Assembly (NCBI GenBank): GCA_017409455.1 | Contig: JAFQSS010000028.1 | Span: 11,007 to 75,006, forward strand | DNA length: 64,000 nucleotides | Reading direction: 5' to 3' | Origin: Clostridia bacterium | Lineage (GTDB): Bacteria; Bacillota; Clostridia; TANB77; CAG-508 | Shown here: one piece after another, positions 23,215-31,494 of the stretch | Layout of the letters: each line of letters begins with the position of its first letter | Numbering within the stretch: the first letter of the stretch is position 1 | Position numbers and translations under genes: made by a program | Notes under the pieces: model-generated | Database searches by the model: none | The model's input: only the letters and a program-made list of their open reading frames with translations | What the model was told of the DNA's origin: nothing

Positions 23215-23505
23215 CCTCCTTTTACTAAAACAAAAAAGCCATCTCATCCAACTATGCTTAATTACATATTAGGACGAAATGACTCTATTCCGCGGTACCA
23301 CCTATTTTAGTACTTTATAAATACTCTCTTCTTTATCTTTAACGCAGATTTACGACAAAACTTACTTTTTGATATGTTCAGCCTCGCAACTTAACTTAGG
23401 TGATAACAAATAATTTTTACTTTCAAACTCACACCATATGTTTGATTCTCTCTTAAGATATTTTATTATTTGCCGTGTCCTTGTTATTGTTTTTATATTT
23501 ATGTC
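23215..23505 (-). promoter_or_regulatory. T-box riboswitch leader (probably tRNA-Ile) controlling DUF1653-ileS
   Basis: Minus strand carries the conserved T-box AATAGGTGGTACCGCGG (23290..23302). A 13-bp terminator (23272..23284 with 23237..23249) plus U-run competes with it. AGAGAG and AGTA elements lie upstream; TTGAAA-16-TATAAT promoter at 23510..23537. Confidence 0.8.
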
Positions 23506-23606
23506 TATTATTATACCACGTTTTTTTATTTTTTCAAGTGTTTTGTTTATTTTTTTGCTTTTATCACAAAAAAAATCACGTTTAAAAACGTGATTTTCTT
23601 TATAAT

Positions 23607-23873
23607 TTATACATTTTCTTCAACTGGGTAAACACTTACTTGTTTTTTGTCTCTACCTTTTCTTTCAAATTTAACTGTTCCATCAACTAATGCAAATAAT
23701 GTATCATCTTTACCTTTTCCAACATTAGTTCCTGGATGTACGTTAGTTCCTCTTTGTCTAACTAATATATTTCCAGCTAGTACAAATTGACCATCAGCTC
23801 TTTTGACACCAAGACGTTTAGATTCACTGTCTCTACCGTTCTTAATACTACCTTGCCCCTTCTTATGTGCCAT
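23607..23873 (-). CDS. rpmA: 50S ribosomal protein L27
   Basis: AAGGAG RBS then MAHKKGQGS...; canonical L27 without the long Firmicute N-terminal pro-peptide. Confidence 0.95.
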   Translation of the reverse strand: MAHKKGQGSIKNGRDSESKRLGVKRADGQFVLAGNILVRQRGTNVHPGTNVGKGKDDTLFALVDGTVKFERKGRDKKQVSVYPVEENV

Positions 23874-23962
23874 GCTTCTCACTCCTTTCGGTTCTAATCT
23901 AGTCTGTGTTATTCACCGACTGTGTTATATTTTCTCAATTAAAATCTAATTAATTTGCTGAA

Positions 23963-24328
23963 TTAAGCTTCAACTTTTTCAGCTGCTTCAGTTTTTTCAG
24001 CTGCTGCTTTTTTAGCTGCTGTTTTTATTCCTGTGATTTCTACTTTAGTGTATGGTTGTCTGTGTCCTTGTTTTGTTCTCTCATTTTTCTTAGCTTTCAT
24101 TTTGAAAACTATGATTTTTTTACCTTTTCCGTGAGAAACAACTTTACCTTCAACTTTTACACCTTTAACATAAGGATTTCCAACTTGTACTTTTCCATCA
24201 TCAGATACTAAAATAACTTTATCAAAAGAAACTTTTTTTCCTTCTTCAGCATCTAATTTTTCAAAAAATACTACATCTCCTTGTGCTACTTTGTATTGTT
24301 TTCCACAACTTTCAATTACTGCGTACAT
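23963..24328 (-). CDS. rplU: 50S ribosomal protein L21
   Basis: [16 protein letters not shown]......L; 121 aa with a Lys/Ala-rich C-terminal tail. Confidence 0.95.
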   Translation of the reverse strand: MYAVIESCGKQYKVAQGDVVFFEKLDAEEGKKVSFDKVILVSDDGKVQVGNPYVKGVKVEGKVVSHGKGKKIIVFKMKAKKNERTKQGHRQPYTKVEITGIKTAAKKAAAEKTEAAEKVEA

Positions 24329-24494
24329 TTAAAATGCACCTCCCTTATTTGTATACTCGCTAATCCTTAAATTAAGGTAGTTAAATATTTCATAACTTTT
24401 AGTTACCTTGACTAAGCGGATTACAGTTATCAATTTTACCATATTTATCAATGTTTGTCAATATTTTGTATAAACTTTTTTATTTAGTTTGTTG

Positions 24495-25001
24495 TTAATT
24501 CTCGAAATATTGGCTTTCTCCTTCAAGGCCTTCAAAATTAATTTGTCTTAATATTTCATAAGCTATTACACATACTGAATTTGATAAGTTTAATGACCTT
24601 AATACTGGTCTCATAGGAATCCTTATTGTTTTATCTATATGTTTTTGTAATAAATCTTCTGGCAATCCTTTTGTTTCTTTACCAAACAAAACAAATACAT
24701 CTTCATCTTTAAATTTACTATAATCAACATCTGTATAACAGTGTTGTGCTTTTGTTGTAGCAAAAAACATATTATTTTCTTCCGGTTTGTATTGTTCTAG
24801 AAATTTTTCAAGACTGTTATGTTCTTCAATTTCAACTTTGTCCCAATAATCCAAACCTGCTCTTTTTATTGATTTTTCATCTATTTTGAATCCTAATGGA
24901 TGTATTAAATGTAATTTCGCACCTATTATTGCACATGTTCTTGCTATATTTCCTGTATTTTGTGGTATTTCTGGTTCAACCATTACTATGTTTAGTTTCA
25001 T
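24495..25001 (-). CDS. trmL: tRNA (cytidine/uridine-2'-O-)-methyltransferase TrmL (SpoU family)
   Basis: AAGGAGG RBS before MKLNIVMVEPEIPQNTGNIARTC; LHLIHPLGF, RAGLDYW, LNLSNSV SPOUT motifs. Confidence 0.85.
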   Translation of the reverse strand: MKLNIVMVEPEIPQNTGNIARTCAIIGAKLHLIHPLGFKIDEKSIKRAGLDYWDKVEIEEHNSLEKFLEQYKPEENNMFFATTKAQHCYTDVDYSKFKDEDVFVLFGKETKGLPEDLLQKHIDKTIRIPMRPVLRSLNLSNSVCVIAYEILRQINFEGLEGESQYFEN

Positions 25002-25063
25002 TTTATCCTCCTTAATTCGCAAATTAGTATAACACTTTCTTTTACAAAAATCAATCACATTTT

Positions 25064-25135
25064 AAGGACTGTCCCAAAATTCGCGAAAAAAAGGACCGTC
25101 CCCAATTTCGCGAAAAAGAGGACCGTCCCCAATTT
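25064..25135. repeat. type-2 palindromic repeat, 3 tandem units (AAGGAC-N-GTCCCCAATTTCGCGAA)
   Basis: aaggactgtcccaaaattcgcgaa / aaaaaggaccgtccccaatttcgcgaa / aaagaggaccgtccccaattt; abuts the stop codon of the OFOR beta subunit. Confidence 0.9.
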
Positions 25136-26084
25136 ATCTATTTGTTATTTCTTCTAAATCTAAAAGTTCTTGCCATCTAGCATCTACTTCTTTTTGGAAT
25201 TCTTCAATCATCCATTCATTACCTTCTTTAAACATGTGTCTAAAGCGTTTTTGTGGACGTAAGAATTCTTCAATAGGAAGTTTTTTAGCTGGTTTATATG
25301 TTATTTTATATTTTCCATCTACTACTTCATATAATGGCCAGTAGCAAGTATCTGCTGCTAATTTGTTGATTTTCATTAAGTCTTCTGTTGGATATCCCCA
25401 ACCTCTTGGACATGGAGCTAATACATTTAAGAATGCTGCGCCTTCTGTGTAAAATGCTTTTTCTGATTTTTCATATAAATCTTTGAAGTTTGTCATCGCA
25501 AGTGTTTGAGCCACATATGGTATATGGTGTCCTACCATTATTTTTGCTAAATCTTTTCTTGGTTGCATTTTTCCTGGTATAACTTTTCCAGCTGGTGATG
25601 TTGTTGTGTCTGCAAATTGTGGTGTTGCTGATGAACGTTGAATTCCTGTGTTCATATATGCCCCATTGTCATAACATACATATACCATGTCATGACCTCT
25701 TTCCATAGCTCCAGATAAACTTTGTAAACCTATGTCATAAGTTCCTCCATCTCCACCAAATGCTATAAATTTTGTATCTTTGTCTGCTGGTAATTTCCCT
25801 TGTCTTTTCATTGCTTTATATGCTGCTTCTGTTCCCGAAGCTGTTGCTCCAGCACATTCAAATGCTGTGTGTATAAATGAGTCTGTCCATGCCGTATATG
25901 GGTATATAAATGTAGATACTTCCATACATCCTGTTGCATTTGTTACAACTGCATGATCTTCTGGTTTTAATGCTCTCATTATCATTCTTCCGACTACTGG
26001 GGCTCCACATCCTGCACACATTCTGTGCCCTTCTGTGAATCTTGATGGCTTATTTGCCACTACATCTTTTAAATCATATGCCAT
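25134..26084 (-). CDS. 2-oxoacid:ferredoxin oxidoreductase, beta (TPP-binding) subunit
   Basis: 316 aa; CAGCG, GDGG.YDIG TPP motif. Confidence 0.9.
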   Translation of the reverse strand: MAYDLKDVVANKPSRFTEGHRMCAGCGAPVVGRMIMRALKPEDHAVVTNATGCMEVSTFIYPYTAWTDSFIHTAFECAGATASGTEAAYKAMKRQGKLPADKDTKFIAFGGDGGTYDIGLQSLSGAMERGHDMVYVCYDNGAYMNTGIQRSSATPQFADTTTSPAGKVIPGKMQPRKDLAKIMVGHHIPYVAQTLAMTNFKDLYEKSEKAFYTEGAAFLNVLAPCPRGWGYPTEDLMKINKLAADTCYWPLYEVVDGKYKITYKPAKKLPIEEFLRPQKRFRHMFKEGNEWMIEEFQKEVDARWQELLDLEEITNR

Positions 26085-26085
26085 T

Positions 26086-27276
26086 TTAGTTTTCCCCCTT
26101 TCTTAGTCCTAAGTATCTATATGGATTATCAACATTTTGAACTTGAGCTATTTCAACTAAGTCTAAAAATACTGATTCTAATTGTTTTTCTGTTGTATCT
26201 CTTCCACCAATTCCATATACGTAATTTACCATTGGTACATATCTTTCATTTACATACATTGCTGATGTAACATCTTCAAATAATGCTCCACCTGCTGCAT
26301 TTAATGAATCAGATTTATCTAATACAGCTACTGCTTTTAAATGTGATAAAGCTTCTGCAATTTCTTCTGCAGGGAATGGTCTATACATTCTTACTTTTAG
26401 TAATCCTGCTTTTACACCTTTTTCTCTTAAATCATCTACAACTGCTTTTGTTGTTCCAGCTGTTGAATTCATACAAACTATTGCAACTTCTGCGTCAGAT
26501 AATTTATATTCTTCGAAGAAATCATATTTTCTTCCTGTCCATTTTTCAAAATCAGCTGATACTTCTTTTATTACATTTTTAGCTGCTCTCATTGCATCTG
26601 CTTGTTGAGCTTTATGTTCAAATAAATATCCTTGTAAATCTAATGGACCAACTGCTATTGGTTCATCTGCATTTAATAAGTAATGTTGTGGCTTATATTC
26701 CCCAACGAATTTTTTAACATCTTCATCATTTTCTAATTCAATGTTTTCAATTGAATGTGATGTTATAAATCCATCTTGACATACCATTACTGGTAATAAT
26801 ACATCTTTATGTTCTGCTATTCTATGTGCCATTAACATATTGTCATATGCTTCTTGGTTATTTTCTGAAAATAACATTATCCATCCTGCATCTCTAACTC
26901 CCATTGCATCTGAATGGTCATTATGGATATTTAATGGTCCAGATACTGCTCTATTTACTAATGCCATTACTATTGGTAAACGTAAACTTGATGCTATATA
27001 TATCATTTCCCACATTAATGATAATCCGTTTGCAGATGTTGCTGTCATAGCTCTTCCTCCAGCAGCTGATGCTCCTATTGTTGCTGACATAGCACTATGT
27101 TCACTTTCTACTGCAACAAATTCTGTATCAACATCTCCATTTGCAACAAATGTTGAAAAATATTGTGGTATTTCTGTTGATGGTGTTATTGGGAATGCTG
27201 CTACAACATCTGGATTTATTTGTTTCATTGCAATTGCTGTTGCTTCATTTCCACTTAATCTTTCTCTTATACTCAT
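26086..27276 (-). CDS. 2-oxoacid:ferredoxin oxidoreductase, alpha subunit
   Basis: Start set at MSIRERLSGNEATA (its ATG overlaps the delta-subunit stop by 1 nt, TAATG); the upstream 25 codons of the track ORF overlap the delta gene. Confidence 0.9.
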   Translation of the reverse strand: MSIRERLSGNEATAIAMKQINPDVVAAFPITPSTEIPQYFSTFVANGDVDTEFVAVESEHSAMSATIGASAAGGRAMTATSANGLSLMWEMIYIASSLRLPIVMALVNRAVSGPLNIHNDHSDAMGVRDAGWIMLFSENNQEAYDNMLMAHRIAEHKDVLLPVMVCQDGFITSHSIENIELENDEDVKKFVGEYKPQHYLLNADEPIAVGPLDLQGYLFEHKAQQADAMRAAKNVIKEVSADFEKWTGRKYDFFEEYKLSDAEVAIVCMNSTAGTTKAVVDDLREKGVKAGLLKVRMYRPFPAEEIAEALSHLKAVAVLDKSDSLNAAGGALFEDVTSAMYVNERYVPMVNYVYGIGGRDTTEKQLESVFLDLVEIAQVQNVDNPYRYLGLRKGEN

Positions 27277-27575
27277 TATTGAACACCTTCCTCTCTCATT
27301 TCGATTGCTCCGAATGGGCATACTTTTGCACAAACTCCACATCCTTTGCAATAGTCAAAATTAAAGTCTGTTCTTTTTTTCTCTTCTGTAACTGGAATAG
27401 AATTGTCTGGACATACTGGGAAACATAGACCACATTGTTTACATTTTTCTTGTATCCATTCTGGCCTCATACTTCTCCAGTCTCCTGTCTTAAATTCTCT
27501 AGCATTTCCTGCTTCATATATATTTCCACCTATTGTTAGTTTTTCCATAGGTGTACTTGCATTTATTTCTGTCAT
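27276..27575 (-). CDS. 2-oxoacid:ferredoxin oxidoreductase, delta (2x[4Fe-4S] ferredoxin) subunit
   Basis: 99 aa; CKQCGLCFPVCP and CKGCGVCAKVCP cluster motifs. Confidence 0.9.
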   Translation of the reverse strand: MTEINASTPMEKLTIGGNIYEAGNAREFKTGDWRSMRPEWIQEKCKQCGLCFPVCPDNSIPVTEEKKRTDFNFDYCKGCGVCAKVCPFGAIEMREEGVQ

Positions 27576-28150
27576 ATTTTTCTAACCTCCTTTAAAGCTA
27601 ATTCTAATGCTTTCATATTTCCTTCAATTACTTCAGGTTTTTTAGCAAATTTGTGTTTAAATGAGTTTTTCATATCTTCAAGTAATGCTTCATCCGACAT
27701 TATTCCAGATACTTTTACTATTGCAGCAAGCATTGGTGTATTAGGAAAATATTTTCCTAATGCTTCTTCAGATACTTTTCTTGCATCTATAGCATATACT
27801 GCGCCTTCATATCCTTTTAATAATTCTTTTAATTCTTCTGCTGATTTTGTAGTATTTATTACTATTGCGCCTTCTTTCTTTAATCCTGCTGTTACAGGTA
27901 CTGATGCTAATAGTGTGTCATCTACTACTACTACATAATCTGGCTCATATATGTTGCTATGTATTGTTATTGGTTTATCACTTATTCTGTTATATGCTGT
28001 TATTGGCGCCCCCATTCTTTCTGGTCCATATTCTGGGAATCCTTGTATGTATTTTCCGGTGTTAAATGCTGCATCTGCTAACAATAATGAAGCAGTTTTT
28101 GCACCTTGGCCTCCTCTTCCGTGCCACCTAATTTCAATTAAATTATTCAT
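27572..28150 (-). CDS. 2-oxoacid:ferredoxin oxidoreductase, gamma subunit
   Basis: 192 aa; HGRGGQGAKTAS motif; overlaps the delta start by 4 nt. Confidence 0.9.
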   Translation of the reverse strand: MNNLIEIRWHGRGGQGAKTASLLLADAAFNTGKYIQGFPEYGPERMGAPITAYNRISDKPITIHSNIYEPDYVVVVDDTLLASVPVTAGLKKEGAIVINTTKSAEELKELLKGYEGAVYAIDARKVSEEALGKYFPNTPMLAAIVKVSGIMSDEALLEDMKNSFKHKFAKKPEVIEGNMKALELALKEVRKI

Positions 28151-28310
28151 TGAATTTAGCCTCCTTTTTCTTTTTTGGTTTTTTATTCCAATTTTGATTT
28201 CAGTATATTATTATTTTTGTTTAATGTCAATAGAATTTATGGTCGAAAAATAAGAAAACTTTAGTGTTCTACTTGAATTTTTCTTTAAAATCTTGTATCA
28301 TATATTAGAT

Positions 28311-28386
28311 GCCACTATAGCTCAGTTGGTAGAGCAACGGATTCGTAACCCGTAGGTCAGCAGTTCGATTCTGCTTAGTGGCTCCA
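28311..28386 (+). tRNA. tRNA-Thr (anticodon CGT)
   Basis: Hand-folded cloverleaf: 7-bp acceptor stem gccacta/tagtggc, D arm gctc-agttggta-gagc, anticodon loop ttCGTaa, T arm agcag-ttcgatt-ctgct, encoded CCA. Confidence 0.9.
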
Positions 28387-28392
28387 CTTTAT

Positions 28393-28434
28393 AACAGCTT
28401 GCGAACAAATATAGTTTCGTAAGTTGTTTTTTTA
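28393..28434 (+). terminator. terminator after tRNA-Thr
   Basis: 13-bp stem aacagcttgcgaa / ttcgtaagttgtt (two G-U pairs) followed by a T7 run. Confidence 0.55.
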
Positions 28435-28537
28435 TTTGTTTAATAGTTTATAAAATAAATTTAAATTTTAATGAAATACTTGACAACAGCAAACAAGTGT
28501 TTTAAAATGTATGTGATTGAAAAAAGGATGTGAAATT

Positions 28538-29449
28538 ATGGAAGAAAATAAATTACCAATTCAAAATGAAATATCAAGTGAAGAAATTAAAAATTTAATA
28601 TATACCATAAGAGGTAAACAAGTAATGCTTGATAGTGATGTAGCAATGTTATATAATTATGAAACTAAAAAAGTTAATCAAGCAGTAAAAAGAAATATAG
28701 ATAGATTTCCAGAAAGATTTTGCTTTCAGTTAACAGAAGAAGAATTAGAAATTATGTGGTCACAAATTGTGACCACCTCAAAATTAGAAAATAATAAATA
28801 TAGAAGCAAAAAATATTTGCCATATGTATTTACAGAACAAGGAATAGCGATGCTTTCAGGGATATTAAAAAGTGAGGTTGCTGTACAAGTTAGTATTAAA
28901 ATAATGGACGCATTTGTAGAAATGCGAAAATTTATCAATCTAAATAAGAACCTATTTGAGAAAGTAATTACTATCGAAAATAAGATGGATAAGAAATTTA
29001 TTGAACAAGATAAAAAATTTGATTTAATATTTGACCAATTACAATTGGAAGAAAATATCAAACAAAGAGTATTTTTTGAAGGTCAAATATATGATGCATA
29101 TAGTATCATTATTGATATTATAAAAAAAGCAAATACGAAAATCTTAATTATAGACAATTATATTGATGATAGTGTTTTGAAAATGCTAACTAAAAAGAAA
29201 AATAATGTAGAAGTTGTTATTTTAACATCGGATAAAAGTAACATTCAAAATTTAGATATTCAAAAATTCAATAAAGAATACCCTATGTTAAAACTTGCTA
29301 AAACAAATAAATTCCATGACAGATTTATAGTAATAGATAATAAAGAAATGTATCATTTAGGAGCCTCTATTAAAGACTTAGGTAAAAAGTGTTTTGGAAT
29401 TAATAAAATTGAAGATATGGAAATTATAGAAAAAATTATTAGAGTCTAA
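28538..29449 (+). CDS. ORF6N (KilA-N-like DNA-binding) domain protein
   Basis: IYTIRGKQVMLDSDVAMLYNYETKKVNQAVKRNIDRFPERFCFQLT is the ORF6N signature; the C-terminal half resembles a degenerate PLD-like module (FHDRFIVID...YHLGASIKDLG). Confidence 0.7.
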   Translation: MEENKLPIQNEISSEEIKNLIYTIRGKQVMLDSDVAMLYNYETKKVNQAVKRNIDRFPERFCFQLTEEELEIMWSQIVTTSKLENNKYRSKKYLPYVFTEQGIAMLSGILKSEVAVQVSIKIMDAFVEMRKFINLNKNLFEKVITIENKMDKKFIEQDKKFDLIFDQLQLEENIKQRVFFEGQIYDAYSIIIDIIKKANTKILIIDNYIDDSVLKMLTKKKNNVEVVILTSDKSNIQNLDIQKFNKEYPMLKLAKTNKFHDRFIVIDNKEMYHLGASIKDLGKKCFGINKIEDMEIIEKIIRV

Positions 29450-29546
29450 ATACACCAAAATACCATATTAGAACTTTACTAATATGGTATTTTAGTATAG
29501 ATAATAAAAAAATTGTAGTAGAAATTATATTTTCACAAAACTAAGT

Positions 29547-29861
29547 TTATTTTTCTAATTTTCCACAATGATGACATCTTCCCGTTATCCTAGCACAATT
29601 TCCACATAATTCAGGAGTATTTGTATCAGGGTTGTTTGCAACTATTCCACACAATTCGCATTTCCATTCAGTAAATGCATCTCCTCCAACTTCCATAGAA
29701 TGATCTGTTGTACAGTAATCATATCCTAAAAGACTATATCCTTTTTGTTCAAGTTCTACCTTTGATACTCCATTAGAAGTATTAAGCATGTTTACTAATA
29801 TTACAATTCCAATAATAAAAGCAACAATTATTAAAATAATTTTTTTCATAATAAATTTCAT
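29547..29861 (-). CDS. membrane-anchored Cys-rich (three CxxC) small protein
   Basis: 104 aa; N-terminal TM; CELCG...CGNC...CHHCG zinc-ribbon-like motifs. Confidence 0.5.
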   Translation of the reverse strand: MKFIMKKIILIIVAFIIGIVILVNMLNTSNGVSKVELEQKGYSLLGYDYCTTDHSMEVGGDAFTEWKCELCGIVANNPDTNTPELCGNCARITGRCHHCGKLEK

Positions 29862-29906
29862 TCCTTTATCAATTCACTTGCAATCCACAAACTTCTATAT
29901 ATACCA

Positions 29907-30329
29907 TTATTGTAACGAGTTCTTTTTTGACTTAATTAATTTAATTATATTTAGAATAGATGGTACTGTAACCATTGTTAATATAACAATTACAATTATA
30001 TCAAAATCTAAATTTGATACTCCGAATTTCATTTCATATTTATAATCACTGAATGCAGTTGGAATGAAACATGCTATAATACCAATTTTAATTATGCTAT
30101 TAATACAAGAATATATTAATCCTCTTTTAATTTTGCCTAATGTTATCAAAAAATCAAATAAAATTACAAGTAACGCAATAACAGAAGGCATTATAAATAT
30201 TACACCTAGCCCTCCCCATCCAGATGCTCCAATACTTAGTAAACCAATTATCAAACCATATGATGATAAAATTAAACCTATTATACTACATATAATTGAT
30301 ATTACTTTTGATATTTTAAATTGTGTCAT
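29907..30329 (-). CDS. hypothetical polytopic membrane protein
   Basis: 140 aa with four hydrophobic helices. Confidence 0.45.
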   Translation of the reverse strand: MTQFKISKVISIICSIIGLILSSYGLIIGLLSIGASGWGGLGVIFIMPSVIALLVILFDFLITLGKIKRGLIYSCINSIIKIGIIACFIPTAFSDYKYEMKFGVSNLDFDIIVIVILTMVTVPSILNIIKLIKSKKNSLQ

Positions 30330-30447
30330 ATGTTTTCCTCCTCTCCTATTAGTTTTAATAGTTGAACTGTTTATTCATTGATAAAATTCTCACAGTAATT
30401 TTATAATAAAATTATACTATAAAATCAAAAAAAGTTATATACTTTTA

Positions 30448-30568
30448 TTGAAATTTAATGAAAATTCATATATAATCATTTTAGAAAGAGAGCGTTGTAG
30501 TTCGTAAGCTGTAGCTTAACCGCTCCAAAAAGTAAAATCGTCACACCTTATTGTGTGACGATTTTTTT
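30448..30568 (+). ncRNA. candidate orphan small RNA (promoter + about 85-nt transcript + terminator)
   Basis: TTGAAA-17-TATAAT (30448..30476); gagcg/cgctc stem enclosing an aagct-gt-agctt hairpin; strong terminator aaaatcgtcacacc-ttat-tgtgtgacgattttttt (30534..30568); no plus-strand ORF follows. Confidence 0.25.
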
Positions 30569-30711
30569 GTTTATTAAGTTAATATTTTATTTTCCGTAAT
30601 CCTCCTGTTAAACTAGCTGAATACTTGTGTAAGATGTTAGCTAATATTTATAAAATTATAAAAAACAAGTAATCTAGTTATTTTTCAAGAAATATATTTG
30701 TTATAACGTTT

Positions 30712-31086
30712 TTAACCTAAAATTGCTGGAATAATTCCTAATGTTGATAATATTGCATAAACGCCAAAAATTATAAAGACTAGGGGTCCTATATAACTGC
30801 ATTTATCATAGGCAACTATTGCTTCTTCTGGTTTCCTCGAATTATATTTAATAACTACACTTTTACCTTTATATATATCGTTAGATGCATATGTTGTTTT
30901 TATATAATATTCATTTCCATCTATAAAATATTGAGCATGTCCATAACGTTTATCTCGTTCACCTGGAATATCAACTGCTTCTGTTGATACAATTATTCCT
31001 TTACATTTTTTCATATTTGGAACTCTTTTATAACGTATAATCAAAAAGAAAATTCCGATTATTATGGATAATATGCCTGCGCCCAT
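30712..31086 (-). CDS. DUF3592-like membrane protein
   Basis: 124 aa; TM - beta-rich middle - TM topology typical of DUF3592. Confidence 0.45.
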   Translation of the reverse strand: MGAGILSIIIGIFFLIIRYKRVPNMKKCKGIIVSTEAVDIPGERDKRYGHAQYFIDGNEYYIKTTYASNDIYKGKSVVIKYNSRKPEEAIVAYDKCSYIGPLVFIIFGVYAILSTLGIIPAILG

Positions 31087-31215
31087 TAAAATTCCTCCTC
31101 TTACTATAATTAAATTAAAGTATCACATAAATAAAAAACAACTCTAACATAAATGCTTTACTTTTACAACTTTTTATGCTATACTATATTGCAAATCTTT
31201 TGAAGGAATGATTTT

Positions 31216-31425
31216 ATGAAACGGTTAGTTCGCGTTTCAGCATTTGAATTCTCCACTACCTATCCTAGTTATAATTATGTTTCGAAGGCAAATAATTTTG
31301 GTGTTGAATCTACCATAATGAGCGAGAATAGAGGGTTTCTTTGGGATAAGTACACCTTAAAATTAGAAGGATCTGATGAGAATATTCAAATGTTTTTGGA
31401 TTATCTCAAATGTGAAGGTTTTTAA
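31216..31425 (+). CDS. small hypothetical protein
   Basis: 69 aa ORF with an extended -10 (TGCTATACT) upstream and a shared bidirectional terminator at 31451..31479. Confidence 0.3.
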   Translation: MKRLVRVSAFEFSTTYPSYNYVSKANNFGVESTIMSENRGFLWDKYTLKLEGSDENIQMFLDYLKCEGF

Positions 31426-31494
31426 ATTAAATATCCTTGAGTAATCACAAATTGGTGCAACCATTATGGATGCACCAATTTTGTTTTGTTATTC

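Noticed and set aside
24329-24480. L21 ribosomal leader upstream of rplU, and an L13 leader at about 9230..9390 upstream of rplM
   Set aside because: Such leaders are described in Firmicutes (I recall Rfam models for L21 and L13 leaders), and both regions contain hairpins. I cannot verify the conserved structure without a covariance-model scan, so they are not reported as features.
25064-25135. Possible CRISPR array (regularly spaced ~26-nt palindromic units); likewise at 45722, 49367 and 56156
   Set aside because: Only 2-3 units, head-to-tail with no unique spacers of 25-40 nt between them; no cas genes in the window. These are interspersed REP-like repeats, not CRISPR.
30485-30535. preQ1-I-like riboswitch
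   Set aside because: The P1 stem plus A-rich tail is reminiscent, but the loop is about 26 nt (versus about 11), conserved loop nucleotides cannot be matched by eye, and there is no downstream gene. Kept only as a low-confidence sRNA candidate.
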